A stretch of DNA of 64,000 bases from Octopus vulgaris (GCA_951406725.2 OX597815.1:57164001-57228000); one strand, 5' to 3'; positions 1 through 12,877 are shown, counted from the first letter of the stretch. The notes: generated from the letters alone by a model not told the origin. Numbers and translations: made by a program.

Positions 1-119
1 TGGAAGTTCTGTGCCATATATTTGGGGGTTTTTTTTTTTTTTTTTTGGTGTTGTACTAGTGAATGTCTAATACATAAAAAATAAATAAATAAATAAATAA
101 AAAAAAAGTTTGTTTTAAA

Positions 120-875
120 CCTTGGGATTACATAGAGAGTATTTTGCGTAGGATATGAGCAGTTCCCATGAGCACTATCTTTTGAATTTCTGCCATTTTG
201 GGGTTTCCTGGTATCTGAGTTAGGTAGCAATCAGTCCCTTTCGCTATCATTCCCAGAGCACCTATGACAACAGGTATTGTTTTAGTCTTCAGCTTCCACA
301 TTTTGCTGATTTCTATTTCAAGATCTTTATATTTGCTCAGTTTTTGGTAGGTCTTGACAGATACGTTTATATCGATTGGGACAGTCATATCAATGAGGAG
401 GCATGTTCTTTGTCTGAAGTCTTTCAATATAATGTCTGGCCTATTTGCATCTATCTTCCTGTCAGTTTGAATGGTGAAGTTCCAGAGGAGTGAGATGTGG
501 CCATTTTCAAGCACAGGAGGTGGATTGTGTTCCCACCAGTTTTTTTCATGGGGCAAATCCAGGTTTTTGCAAATTACCCAGTGAATATATTGTGCAGCTC
601 AATCATGCCTACTGAGGTACTCTGTAGGCGCTAGAAGACTGCATTTGGAGACAACATGGTCAATGGTTTCATTTTGTTGTCAGCATACACGACATGTTGG
701 GCTACTGCCGTTCTTTAATATGTTGGCCTGGTAGTTTCTTGTTGGTAGGCATTGATCTTGAGCTGCTATGATAAACCCCTCTGTTTCAGATTTTAAGCCA
801 GAGGGCTTAATTGATGGGTCAGGGCTTTGTCGATATCTGCATTATTCGCTCTCTTTGGGTATTTGCCATAGAGAG
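120..875 (-). mobile_element. R4/Dong-type (RLE clade) non-LTR retrotransposon, 3' fragment
   Basis: ORF 128..556 has the restriction-like endonuclease motif RPDI...LIDMTVP...KLSKY. Upstream sequence reads as a degenerate CCHC knuckle (CRVC...ETIDHVVSKC...RHD). Confidence 0.85.
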
Positions 876-917
876 GTTTTTCTTGCCATTTATTATTCAG
901 AATATCTAAGGCCGCAG

Positions 918-919
<2 letters not shown>

Positions 920-970
<51 letters not shown>
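920..970. repeat. (TTA)n microsatellite; similar tracts at ~1190-1320, 2403, 2641, 6526, 6801, 7083, 10790, 62795
   Basis: Direct reading of the sequence. Confidence 0.95.
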
Positions 971-971
<1 letters not shown>

Positions 972-980
972 CTTCATTTA

Positions 981-1188
981 AGGTGGTGAGCTCCCAGAAT
1001 TGTTAGCATGCTGGGCAAAATACTTAGCAGTATTTCACCTGTCACTACATTCTGACTTCAAATTCCACCAAGGTGACTTTGCCTTTCATCCTTTCGGTGT
1101 TGATAAAGTACCAGTGGAACATTGGTGTCGATGTAATCAACTCATCCCCTCCCTCAAAATGGTTGCCCTTGCAGCAAAATTTGAAACC
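981..1188 (+). mobile_element. tRNA-derived SINE with (ATT)n tail; further copies at 2428-2640, 6878-7081, 11372-11490 (partial), 62845-63049
   Basis: Shared head ggcgg-gagctggcagaa...gagttcaaattcc (A/B-box-like), central gactttgcctttcatcctttcggggtcgataaa-taagtaccag (resembles the Meta-SINE domain), and an (ATT)n tail. Confidence 0.85.
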
Positions 1189-1245
1189 ATTATTATTATT
1201 ATTATTATTATTATCATTTTTATGATTATTATTATTATTATTATA

Positions 1246-1296
<51 letters not shown>

Positions 1297-1799
1297 ACTA
1301 TTATTATTATTATCATCATTTACTTTTAATTTGCATATTTGTTACAATCATTTGCCAAGACACACCCAGCATCCTAGAGTGAGGGGATGAGTTGATTACA
1401 TCGACACCAATGTTCCACTGGTACTTTATCAACACCGAAAGGATAAGAGATGTTACAGTATAACCGAAAGCTTGGGTAGATCAGAAGTGATTCTATAAAG
1501 AAACAAATGGATAGTGTACAGATGAAAAGTTGATACCAGATAACAATGAAAGTGAAAGGTTCTGGAGTGACATCTGGAGTAAAGACAAGGTGCACAAGAA
1601 GGATGCTGAATGGTTGCAAGAACTGAAACAAACAGTAGTCTGTCCAAAACAGGCAGAACTAGTAATTTCAGTTAAGGGAGTGAAGGAAATCAGCACAAAA
1701 ATGAGCAAGTGGAAGGCCCTGGGACCAGATGGGTGGTGAATGTTATGCACGAATAGCTGCGCAATTCAACACTTTGTTAAATGCGGACCAAGTAGCAAA

Positions 1800-2345
1800 A
1801 TATCTTCATGGAATACAATGCAGACATTTAAATTGATAGCGTTTTTCTAAGGATGTGGGCAGTACTTGTTAGCAAAATCTTTTGAATTTCTGAGACATGG
1901 TTCTCCTGGAATACTATCTAGATGTTTCCGATATCCCTTTCTTATCATATCTAGGGTAACTACAATCACAGAAGCAGTTCTAGCTTTAAGATGCCACATA
2001 TTTTGTATTTCAATTTCCACATCCTTATATTTATTTAGTTTGTCAAATTCCTTTATGAATATATTTTTATCAGTGGAAACACTTCGTCTACAAGTATTTT
2101 CTTCCATGTCTTTAATGACTATATCTGGTTAATTATCCTGGATCGTTCTGTCAGTGTTGAGTGGAAAATCCCAGGAGATAGTGACATTTTTACCTTCAAC
2201 GACTGGCTCAGGATGATGTTCAAATTATACTTTTGGAAAAGAAAAATTCCTAACATCGGACAACAAGTAACCTTAGATACCAAAAACCCTCCTAAGTATC
2301 CCAGCTGCCCCTAATAACACTGTTTTCTGGAGTTCAAGAGACAAG
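1800..2345 (-). mobile_element. R4/Dong-type LINE, RLE-domain fragments
   Basis: ORF 1847..2107 (KEFDKLNKYKDVEIEIQNMWHLK) is homologous to ORF 128..556. Confidence 0.75.
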
Positions 2346-2889
2346 TTAGAAGTTCAAGTTGGTATTATGAGTAGGGTGCCATTTATTTGGTTTTGCACAT
2401 AGTATTATTATTATTATTATTAATTTAAGGCGAAGAGCTGGCAGAAACATTAGCATACTAGGTGAAATGCTTAGTGGTATTTCGTCTATCTTTGCATTCT
2501 GAGTACAAATTCCGCCAAGGTCGACTTTGACTTTCATCCTTTCGGGGTCGATAAATTGAGTACCAGTTGTGTACTGGGGTCGATCTAATTGACTGGTCCC
2601 CTTCCCGAAAATTTTGGGCCTTGTGCCTACAGTAGAAAAGATTATTATTATTATTGTTGAGTGAGAGAGCAGTGCATACCATCAAAATGACACAGGGGTA
2701 AAATATACAAAGCCCAGTATACCCATCATGACTACCCGTCTGATAAGGGTATACTAGGCACATGCATCACAACCATATGTGTGTGACATGGTGATCTCAT
2801 ATCAAGGTAAACAGCACATGACCTTGCAGGTGGGGCCCAGTTAGAATTTTCTTCTGGTCGAGTAACCCATCCCACTCAAAAGGTCCCTT

Positions 2890-5470
2890 TATCTTTGCAA
2901 TCTTTCATCCTACACAAGCCTAACCTTCCTACTTCTAATAATAGCAGTTCTGTAGCATTTTTTACATACCATGCTATGTTGTTTTCTTCTGCTCTAATGC
3001 TGTGTTCGCATCCAATAAGTTCTCTTCCCCCCCTTTTATCTTGGTACATACAGTCTGTCTGTGTCACTTTTTGGGTGGAGTGTCCCATATCTAGTTATCA
3101 ACTTCCTTGTCTTTCTGTCTAAGCTGTTTAGTTCATCTAACTATCCATACGAATACCGCTGCTCCATATCTAAGGAGTGAAACCATCCAGGTGTTGATAG
3201 CTTCAATTTTATTCTGTCCGTTTAATTTCGACTTAAGGATCAGTCTCAGTTTGCACCTTAAATTTTTCTGTCATTTCTTTCCCCATCAATTTATTCATTT
3301 CCAAAATCCCCAAGTACTTATAGCCCGTCTCTTCTATCTGCTTGATAACCTCCCCCAACGGTATCGTTAAGCCATCCATATATTTGATTTTGCCTCTCTT
3401 CAAGGCTAACACACCACACTTTCTCAGTCCAAACTCCATTCTGACAGTATACACCGTATCAATGAGGGAACAGACTTGAGCTTCATCTTTACCATACAGT
3501 TTGAGGTCATCCATGAATAACAAATGGTCAACTTTTTGTTGGCGGCTTTTGAATACATACCCAGCTTTTGCTTTCCTCAGAATCAGTGTCAGTGGTATCA
3601 AGCACAGTACAAAGATCAGTGGGGACAGACAGTTCCCTTGGAAGATGCCCCTCCTAATTTCTACTGTCCTTAACTTCTTCCATATACTGTCAGGTCCGTC
3701 CTACAATTTGCCATACTTTTACCAAGCAATCATTCAACAGTCGATGCAATACCAAATAGGTTCATATATTCCATAATCCAAGAATGTGGGATCATATTGT
3801 ACGCCTTACGATAGTTGATCCATGACATGGCTAAGTTACTTTTCCTCCTCTTGCAGTCTCTAAGTAAGTTTTGTCTATCTGAAGTTGATACTTGGTACCT
3901 CTGCACTTACGCTTGCAACCATTCTGCTCATGTGGCAGGACTCCATCGTTTTCCAGACGTTCATACATTGACTCTGCGAGTATTCCAGTCAGCAATTTCC
4001 ACATAGGTGGCAAACAGGATATTGGCCTGTAATTGTCTACCATATTGCCTTTTTCGATGTTTTTCAGGCACAGCACTGTCCTACCCAATGTTAACCACTC
4101 TGGTGCTACTTGGTCCGCATTTAACAAAGTGTTGAATTGTGCAGCTATTCATGCATAACATTCACCACATCTTTTGATCCAGTAGCCTTGAACTCCATCT
4201 GGTCCCAGGGCCTTCCATTTGCTCATTTTTGTGCTATTTCCTTTACTCCCTTAACTGAAATGACTAGTTCTGCCTGTTTTGGACAGACTGCTGTTTGTTT
4301 CAGTTCTTGCAACCATTCAGCATCCTTCTTGTGCACCTTGTCTTTACTCCAGATGTCACTCCAGAACCTTTCACTTTCATTGTTATCTGGTATCAACTTT
4401 TCATCTGTACACTATCCATTTGTTTCTTTATAGAATCACTTCTGATCTACTCTGAATAACCTATTCTGGTGGTAACCCTTCATTCTTTGGTCATATCTTA
4501 CCATCTTTACTTTCTTTACAATGAGGTGCTGTTTCAGTTCCTCCATTACCGCTTTCAGGCCCTTTCAATATTATATGTTCTTTTCGGTGCCCTGTATTTC
4601 TTTTTGATCACAGAGATTTACTTCGAGAGCATGTCTAACCCTGCCTGTATTTTTCTTTTCCACCATGGATCTTTTCTTTTGTCACTCCCATTATATTTCT
4701 TTTTCTTGACATCAGCACCCACGTCTTCTGCTATAACACTACTTGCTGCCTTGATCAAATTATTTGTTTCTGTTATGTTGTTTGTTCTGATGTATTTCAG
4801 AATATCATTGACATTTTTCGTTTCTTGGTTCAATTTCCATCAATCAACCTTTTTAGGGTTGCAAATAATGTCGCTATCGTTCTCCTGTAGTCTTGCTTTT
4901 ATTCTGTCATAGATTGCCATTTGTTCATCTGTCATGTTGCCATTAGTTTTATTGTCATCTTTCAGATCATCTATATGTCTCTCATTAAGTAAACTACCAC
5001 TGCTCCTTTCCTGTGCTATGAGATTACTCTTATTAATAAGAACTGTATTTTTATTGTTATCTCTGCTGCTATTTTCCAAGACCCGTCTTTTGATAGCTTT
5101 GAGCTCTACTTCTGTGAACCAACGATTTTTCTTATTGCTCCAGCTTGATCACATAGTCTCTGTTCCTTCAGTTGAAATAATCCCTTTTCCCTCCAATGAT
5201 CATATATACGTTGTCAGTAACCCCTAATTTGAGCACCATTTTCATCTACCTGGCTGCTCAGGTAGTAACACGCCATGACCACAGTATTAATTTGCTTGCT
5301 CCATCTACGCTGTGTGTGGTGATCCCTTTCTGGATATCGACAGAATATCCAGAAATCTCTGAGCTTGCTGGGTGCAACACTGTCACCATCAATGACTTCA
5401 GTTTCATTACCACCATTATTCACAATATTTTGTTTTTTCCTTGTCACTCATATGAGGTAGCAATAATCAG
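2890..5470 (-). mobile_element. R4/Dong-type LINE, 5' half through RT, frameshifted
   Basis: RT motif HLLFMDDLKLYG (3233..3601), NYRPISCLP (3831..4127), and an N-terminal RRWSKQINTVVMACYYLS segment. Confidence 0.85.
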
Positions 5471-5650
5471 GTTGCGCAATTACCAGTAATTATGTGATAC
5501 CATCACTATTGACACCATCACTAGATGTATCCTTAATCAGGACATGGAGAAACTCCACATGCTTCCTTTCATTATTATTATTATTATCATCATCACTGAT
5601 ATCACATTATTTACATTTGACGGATATTTGTCCTCATCTTGTTTGTTGTT

Positions 5651-5696
5651 AACACAACGTTTCGGCTGATGTACCCTCCAGCCTTCTTTAGGTGTC
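5651..5696 (-). ncRNA. Minimal type-I hammerhead ribozyme motif (core variant CUAAAGA)
   Basis: Reverse complement: gacac CTAAAGA a ggctg..cagcc GAAA C GT T gtgtt. Confidence 0.6.
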
Positions 5697-6001
5697 TTGC
5701 GGAAATTTCGAACCTGGGTTCTCATTCCTAAGGTATTTTTCGATGTTGTTGTTGTTGTTGTTGTTATTATTATTATTTGTGTTCAGGTCACTGCTTGGAA
5801 TCGAACTCGGAATCTTGGGGTTAGTAGCTCGCGCTCTTAACCACTACACCCATGGTGTAGTGGTTAAGAGTGCTGGCTACTAGTCCCAAGATTTCGAGTT
5901 CGATTCCAAGCAGTGACCTGAACACTAACAATAATAATAATAATTATAATAACATCGAAAAATACCTTAGGAATGAGAACCCAGGTTTCAAATTTCCCCA
6001 A

Positions 6002-6047
6002 GACACCTAAAGAAGATTGGAGGGTATATCAGCCGAAACGTTGTGTC
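6002..6047 (+). ncRNA. Minimal type-I hammerhead ribozyme motif (core variant CUAAAGA)
   Basis: gacac CTAAAGA ... cagcc GAAA C GT T gtgtc; stem I is gacac/gtgtc. Confidence 0.6.
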
Positions 6048-6208
6048 AACAACAAACAAGATGAGAACAAAAATCCATCGAATGTAAATAATGCAAATAA
6101 TACAAATAATGTAAATAATGTACATAATTTCTCATCTCTTAAATATAGAACCACTGATATCATTGTTTTTATTTTTTTACCGTGTGTCAGACTCAGCGGT
6201 TACACAGG

Positions 6209-6271
<63 letters not shown>

Positions 6272-6289
6272 ATATATATATATATGTGT

Positions 6290-6525
6290 ATGTATGTATG
6301 TGTGTGTGTATATGTTTGTGTGTCTGTGTTTGTCCCCCAACATTGCTTACAACCGATCCTAGTGTGTTTACGTCCCCGTAACTTAGCAGCTTGGCAAAAG
6401 AGACCAATAGAATAAGTACTAGGCTTACAAAGAATAAGTCCTGGGGTCGATTTGCTCAACTAAAGGCAGTGCTCCAGCATGGCCACAGTCAAGTGACTGA
6501 AACAAGTATTAAGAGTAAAAGAGAT
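6290..6525 (+). mobile_element. SINE 3' half (CORE-type family); other copies at 39617-39840(-), 40578-40636(-), 52330-52580(+), 54010-54260(-)
   Basis: Shared tail ...gaataagtactaggcttacaaagaataag...gctccagcatggcc-cagtc...gactgaaacaagta. Confidence 0.8.
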
Positions 6526-6536
6526 TATTATTGTTG

Positions 6537-6571
<35 letters not shown>

Positions 6572-6575
6572 GTTA

Positions 6576-6799
6576 GACAATACAAAGAGCATGATGCAAT
6601 TGCAATAGATATTTTATTGATTGGTTGAATGGTATTTCAACAGCATGCCTGTCTTTGTTAAGTTCAAAGACATTGTGCTCTTAAGAAAGACAAGCAAGCT
6701 GTCAAAATATCATTCCACCAATAAAATATCTATTGTCATCGCATTGCGCTCTTCTTATTGTCTATTTACATTTGTGTGGAGTTAACTCAATCCTTTTAA

Positions 6800-6800
<1 letters not shown>
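6576..6800. mobile_element. MITE-like inverted-repeat element; second partial copy at 9445-9622
   Basis: agacaata..gagc..gatgcaat..atagatattttattg is mirrored by caataaaatatctat..gcattgcgctcttcttattgtcta. The related terminus tttaaaaggattga occurs at 9445. Confidence 0.55.
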
Positions 6801-6870
<70 letters not shown>

Positions 6871-7081
6871 TATTATTAGGGTGATGAGCTGGCAGAATCA
6901 TTAGCACGCCAGCCAAAATGCTTAGCAGTATTTTGCCTGCTGCTATGGTCTGAGTTCTAATTCTGCAGAGGTTGACTTTGCCTTTCATCTTTTCAGAATA
7001 AGTACCAATTGAACACTGGGGTCGATGTAATCAACTCATTCCCTTACCCAAAGTGGCTGCTCTTGTGGAAAAATTTGAAAC

Positions 7082-7099
<18 letters not shown>

Positions 7100-7114
<15 letters not shown>

Positions 7115-9410
7115 CATCATTCAATGGTCTTATTTTAATCACATACCTTCACTTCACTACCGAGCACACCTCTGTGTGCCTTGGGTTTGTGCTGCGGTTT
7201 GTTGTGATGCTCTTATAGTTACTGTATTTAAAGTGTTTTATGTATGATGTGTGCAGTGAATAGTGCTATTTTCTGTTTCTATATATGTTTGTTCGTCCTG
7301 GTGTTTTTGTTATGTGTTTGTCTGAATATTTTTTGTCATACCTAATGCACCTATGATTGTTTCTGTTTTTAGACCCCACATTCAAGTTACCTCTATTTCC
7401 AGGTCTTTGTATTTTGAAAGTTTCTCCATTTCTTTTAGAGAAACGCTGCCATCTGTTGGTATTGATACATCAATTAGAAACCTCTTTTTTCTTGATGATT
7501 TCTGACAACTATATCTGGCCTATTGGCCTTAATTTCTCTATCTGTGTGTATTGGCATATCCCATAGTATTGTTGTTTTCTCATTTTCTGTGACCTTTTCT
7601 AGCATGTGCTTATACCAACGTTTTTTTTTTGTTGTTATTCCACAGTGTTTGCATAGCTTCCAGTGTATGTAGGTCCCAACTCTGTTGTGTCTGTAAATAT
7701 ATTCCTTCTTAGCCAGGACTGGGCAGCCAGAGACAATATGATTTATTGTTTCTTGTCCATATCCACATATTCTGTAGTTACTTGTTATGTTTCTTTTCAT
7801 TATACGTTTTTGGTAATTTCTGGTGGGGAGGTTTTGGTTCTTATGCTGCAATTAAAAATCTTTCAGTCTCTGCTTTGAATCCTAAGGTTCTCAGCCATTG
7901 TTGGGATTTTGCTTTGTCTATTTCTTTTGTGTTTAGTTTAACTCCATATTTGCCATGAAGGGACTTTTCTTGCCATCGTTTTATCATGATCCATTACTGT
8001 TCCAGTTTTAGTTTGGAGTTCAGTTGTTTTACAGCTTTTGTTGTTTCTTCTTTTTCTTCATACTTATTAGGTAGTATGACTTCTTGTTTGTATTTGTCAG
8101 CTTCCTTAAAGACTGAAAACAGTTTTTTGGTTTGCTCATATTTTGTGGCTATTTGTATTAGTTTTCTTTGCTTCTGCAGTAGGTATTTTTGCAGTCCTAT
8201 GGTGGTTATTTTGTAATAGTTTTCTAGCTGTATGAGACCTCTACCACCTTTTGTACATTGTATATATAACCTTTCTATGTCAGATTTTGGGTGGTGCATC
8301 CTAAATCCTGTCATTATTTTTCTTGTTTTCCTGTCCATTTTGATTAGTTCATTTAGTATCCAGTTAAGGATATTGTAGATTTTTCTTATAACTGGGACGG
8401 CTAGCATATTGATGCCTATTATCTTGTTTTTCACATTGGACTCTGTTTTCAGTATTAATCTAACTTGTCTATAGTATTCTTTATTTATTTTCTCTTTCAT
8501 TTGTGTGTGTTGTATTGTATCTAGTTCATTCATTCCTAAATATTTGTATCTCTGGCTTTGGTCTAATTCTCTTATTTCATTTACTATCTAGTGTGATGTT
8601 ACCACTCTTAACTAGTTTTCCTCTTTTCAAGGTTGCTTTGGCACATTTTTCTAAGCCAAATTTCATGTTTATCTCTTTGGTAAATCCATGTGCTGTCTGT
8701 AGTAATGTTTCTAGCTGTTTATCATTTGTAGCATACAGTTTTAGGTCATTCATATATAAGAGGTGGCTGATTGTTTTGCCATAACAGTTGTAACCATATC
8801 CTGTTCTGTTTTGCATGTCAGTGCCAAGCAGAAAAGGAGTGGAGAGAGTGTGTCTACCTGGAATATTCCTCTTCTAATGGGGATGGCTTTGGTTTTCATG
8901 AGTCCCTCTTTTGTTTGGAGCTGTAGCACTGTCTGCCATATTGTTTATATTTTATGATTATTTGTACTACTTTGTTCATGGCTAGGATCCATTTGTGGGA
9001 AATACTATCAAAAGCCTTTCGGTAATCAATCCAGGCCATTCTTAGACTTCTTTTTGTGGCTGTCTTCAGTTATGGCTTTATTTATCATTAGTTGACCTTT
9101 ACAGCCATTAGTTGATCCTTGCAGCATCCCTTCTGGAAACAGGTTGTTTTCTTTCAGATGCTTGCTCATTCTCTGCAATATTATTGCAGTAAAGGTTTTG
9201 TAAATTGTAGGGCGACAAGTAATTGGTCTGTAATTTTGTGGGTTTGCTGTTTCAGTGGATTTGGGAATTAGGATAGTTTTCTCTTTTGTGAGCCATTCAG
9301 GCATTGTCTCTGGCTCTGCTAGTATGTCATTAAATTTCTCAGCCAGCTTTTTGTGTGTTCCTGTCAGATATTTTAACCACAAGTTGGGGATCTTATCATG
9401 CCTAGTTGCT
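7100..9410 (-). mobile_element. R4/Dong-type LINE (RT + CCHC + RLE), degraded
   Basis: HLLYMNDLKLY (8577..8816), NYRPITC (9026..9382), RICGYGQETINHIVSGC and ANRPDIVV (7474..7851). Confidence 0.9.
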
Positions 9411-9629
9411 TAGTTTATTATCATCATCATCATTATTATTATATTTTAAAAGGATTGACATAACTCTTCACAAAGGTACATAGACAATATGAAGAGCATG
9501 ATGCAATAGCAACAGATATTTTATTGGTTGAATATTTCAACAGCTTGTCTGTCATTTTCAAGTTCACTATGTTTTGAACTCAACAAACACAGGCATGCTG
9601 CTGAAATACCATTCAACCAATAGATAGGG

Positions 9630-11290
9630 TTTTTCCAAGGCTGTGGGCAGTACTTGTTAGCACAATCTTTTGGATTTCTTTGAGACATGGTCTTCTTGGG
9701 ATATTATCTAGATGCTTCTGACATCCCTTTTTTATCATAATTAGGGCACCTGCAATAACAGGAACAATTCTCATTTTAAGATGCCACGTCTTTTGTATTT
9801 CAATTTCCAGGTCCTTATAGTAACTTAATTTGTCAAATTCCCTGACAGATATATTTTTATCAGTGGGAACACTTACATCTATTCATCTACAATTATGTTC
9901 TTCCCTGTCTTTAATAACTATAACTGGGTCAATTAGCTTGAATCATTCTGTCAGTGTTGACTGGAAAATCCCAGGGAATAGTGACATTTTTACCTTCAAC
10001 AACTGACTCAGGATGATGTTCGTACCAGTAAATAGGAGTGCTGATTTTGTAGTGTTTACATATTTTCCAATGTAAATACTGTCCTTCCCTATCATGGCAA
10101 TTTTTATATCCGTTTGGTGTCAGCACAGGACCTCCCCAAGATGAGATAGTCTATTGTTTCATGAAATGTGTCGCAGAATCTGCATTTAGAGTCAGAACCA
10201 TTTTGAAGAATGTTAGCTTGGTTGTTTTTTGTGAGCAAGCTTTGGTCTTGTGCTGCCAATATGAAACCTTCAGTCTCTGCTTTCAGTCCTGAACTTCTCA
10301 GCCATTGATGGGTTGTTGCTTGATGTACATCAGCAATTTGACTTAGGAGTATATACTGTCCATGCAGAGGCTTCTGGCTCCATCATTCCTCAATTTGTTT
10401 CTGCCCATTCTTTTTTGCAATCTGCTTGTTTTGTAGCAGTGGTTTTAGGTTCTTCAACTATTTTAGGGTTAATGCTAAGTTCCCTTGCAAATTTGCAAGC
10501 TTCCTTGACAAACAAATGTGACTTTTTGCTGCTTTTGTGTTTGCACACAAGTCAAGTGTCCAGTCCTCTGTACTAGATAAGTACCTGTTTGTTGCTATTG
10601 TGGAGGTCTTATGTTAAAATTATATTGGACTACTGGAAATGCCAGGGTGTTAATGGCTTTGATGCAATTTTTAGAGTTGAGTTCAGTTTTTAGTATGAGT
10701 CTTATTCTCCTGTAATATTCTTTTCTTATTTTTTCCTTCATAATAATATATTGCAACCATTCGTTTATCCCCAGGTATTTGTAATAATTTTATTATTATT
10801 ATTATTATTATTATTTGATCAAACTCTCAGCTTATTTTGCTGGGTATAATGGAAAAGTGTCAGCTGTCCAGAGTCAGCAGACTAAGGTCAAGCTTGTTTA
10901 CTGATCGTACTTCAAGAACCCTGCAGAGAACTCTAGCAGTTCCAAGCAATGCTAATTTTTGTAGGTGCTCTATCTTTACATTTGCACTAATTTGTTTGAG
11001 CCATGTTGAGTGCAAGGTCAAGAAGCCCATCCTGCTCAAAAGGTCCCTGAATAAGGTTTGTTTAAGGATAATGAATGAAACACCCATGTTACCAGAGGTG
11101 AATCATTCTAATCCCAAAGAATCCCTCTCAATATATGGCTATGATGATCCCCCACTATTTCTGCTTGTGATCAGAGATGCACATGTTCAAATCCTGATGG
11201 TCAAGCAACTGTCAAGCAAATCTATGGTACTGAGCAGAATATTTGTTGTAGCTCATATTATACACCAAGACAAACATGTAGAAGGCATAA
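9630..11290 (-). mobile_element. R4/Dong-type LINE fragments
   Basis: HDREGQYLHWKICK...WDFPVNTDR (9929..10126) and LQKLALLGTARVL (10860..11087). Confidence 0.75.
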
Positions 11291-11490
11291 TATTCCAATT
11301 ACTGGTGTAGCAGTATCATTACTAGCTGCTACAAAAGTACGGGAGACGCCTTAGATAGAAGTAATTATAGAAGCCTTTCATCCTTTTGGGGTCAATAAAT
11401 TAAGTACCAGTGAAACACTAGAGTCAATGTAATTGACTAGTCACCTCCAAAATTTCAAGCCTTATGCCTTTAGTAGAAATGATTATTATT

Positions 11491-11810
11491 ATGCCGGTGG
11501 CATGTACGAGAACCATCCGAACGTGGCCGTTGCCAGCGCCGCCCCGACTGGCCGCCGTGCTGGTGGCATGTAAAAAGCACCATCCGATCGTGGCCGTTTG
11601 CCAGCCTTGTCTGGCGTCTGTGCCAGTGGCATGTAAAAAGCACCCACTACACTCACGGAGTGGTTGGCGTTAAGAAGGGCATCCAGCTGTAGAAACATTG
11701 CCAGATCAGACTGGGCCTGGTGCAGCCTTCTGGCTTCCCAGACTCCTGTTGAACCACCCAACCCATGCTAGCATGGAAAGCGGACGCTAAATGATGGTGA
11801 TGATGATGTT
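11491..11810 (+). mobile_element. RTE-associated 3' UTR/SINE with (GAT)n tail; copies at 15050-15555 and 28100-28450
   Basis: Repeated ggtggcacgtaaaaagcacc units, ggttggcgtta-gaagggcatccagctgtagaaac, and a (GAT)n tail. At 15 kb the same sequence directly follows an RTE RT. Confidence 0.75.
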
Positions 11811-11842
11811 ATTAAGCTATTACATGCTAATATAATTAGCAG

Positions 11843-11939
11843 GAATGTTATCTTGAGGTTTGGAAGAAAACAAGTATCTTCAAATCTCAAGAGTCACTTT
11901 TAGAATGGTTGCAGAATACTGGATGGTATTTTTCTGCAG
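11843..11939 (+). CDS. Candidate host exon (ECYLEVWKKTSIFKSQESLLEWLQNTGWYFSA)
   Basis: Non-repetitive 97-bp open frame bounded by CAG and CAG|GTGAG. The polypyrimidine tract is weak and the product is not recognised. Confidence 0.25.
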
Positions 11940-12039
11940 GTGAGCTATGCAAGTCTCAGTTCCAATATCATTTAGCCTCTTAGATAGCATTTTGAGTGTT
12001 GCACTTGTACATGGCCTGTATGGCTTTCATAAGCCACTA

Positions 12040-12620
12040 ATCTACCTCTAGCCTCCTCAGAGCCCACCATTATCACAGTGAGGTACTCTTAGCTAAGTAC
12101 TTCTCTTGCAGTTGCCTGACTATGAAAATAGCATCAGAAGTGTTTCTCCCTAGAGCAAAGACAAACTAAATTTTGTCTAGTTTAATTCTGCTCCTAATTA
12201 ATTGGACTATAACTCTCCGTAATCTTCATCACTTGGTCCAGGAGTTTGATGCCTCTATTATTGCTTCTGTCTAAAGGCTTTGCAGTAGTCAGTCCAGGCC
12301 ATTCCTTACCCTTGTAGCAGCTAACTATGAAACTGCTACACCAATCACTGGGTATCACACCTTCCTGATTAACTATGCAGGTGACAAACCCATACCCTAC
12401 TTTACCAGATATGTTGAACATCTCAGCAGTGACTCCCAATGGACCAGGGGCTTTCTGTTTTCATATCTTTAATTGCCTTATGTATCATTCTGTTGTTCAC
12501 TAGGATAACTGGTACCTCTGTTGAGTCCACATGAGGGAGATTCCCTTTATCCCATTCCTCCTTTACATTCAATAACCTTGCACAGTAACTCTTCCATGCC
12601 TCTTTCTTGTCACTAAGTTC
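12040..12620 (-). mobile_element. RTE-type LINE RT N-terminal fragment
   Basis: GVIPSDWCSSFIVSCYKGK...NNRGIKLLDQVMKI (12194..12439). Confidence 0.8.
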
Positions 12621-12662
12621 ATATATATGTACATGCACACATACATATATAAATATATATAT

Positions 12663-12838
12663 AGGTGTAAGAGTGGCTGTGTGGTAAGTAGCTTGCTTAC
12701 CAACCACATGGTCCTGGGTTGAGTCCCACTGCGTGGCACCTTGAGCAAATGTCTTCTACTATAGCTTTGGGCCGATCAAAGCCTTGTGAGTGGATTTAGT
12801 AGATGGAAACTGGAAGAAGGCCGTCGAATATGTATGTA

Positions 12839-12877
<39 letters not shown>

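Larger units (their letters stand above)
5605..6128. mobile_element. Palindromic dimer of a tRNA-headed element ending in a hammerhead-bearing Penelope-like tail
   Basis: About 245-bp arms mirrored at ~5852. Each arm has A box tggtgtagtgg, B box gagttcgattcc, (AAT)n, then gacac-CTAAAGA-stemII-GAAAC-GTT-gtgt. Confidence 0.8.

Noticed and set aside
5854-5920. tRNA gene
   Set aside because: It has A/B boxes but no convincing cloverleaf or acceptor stem; treated as a SINE head.
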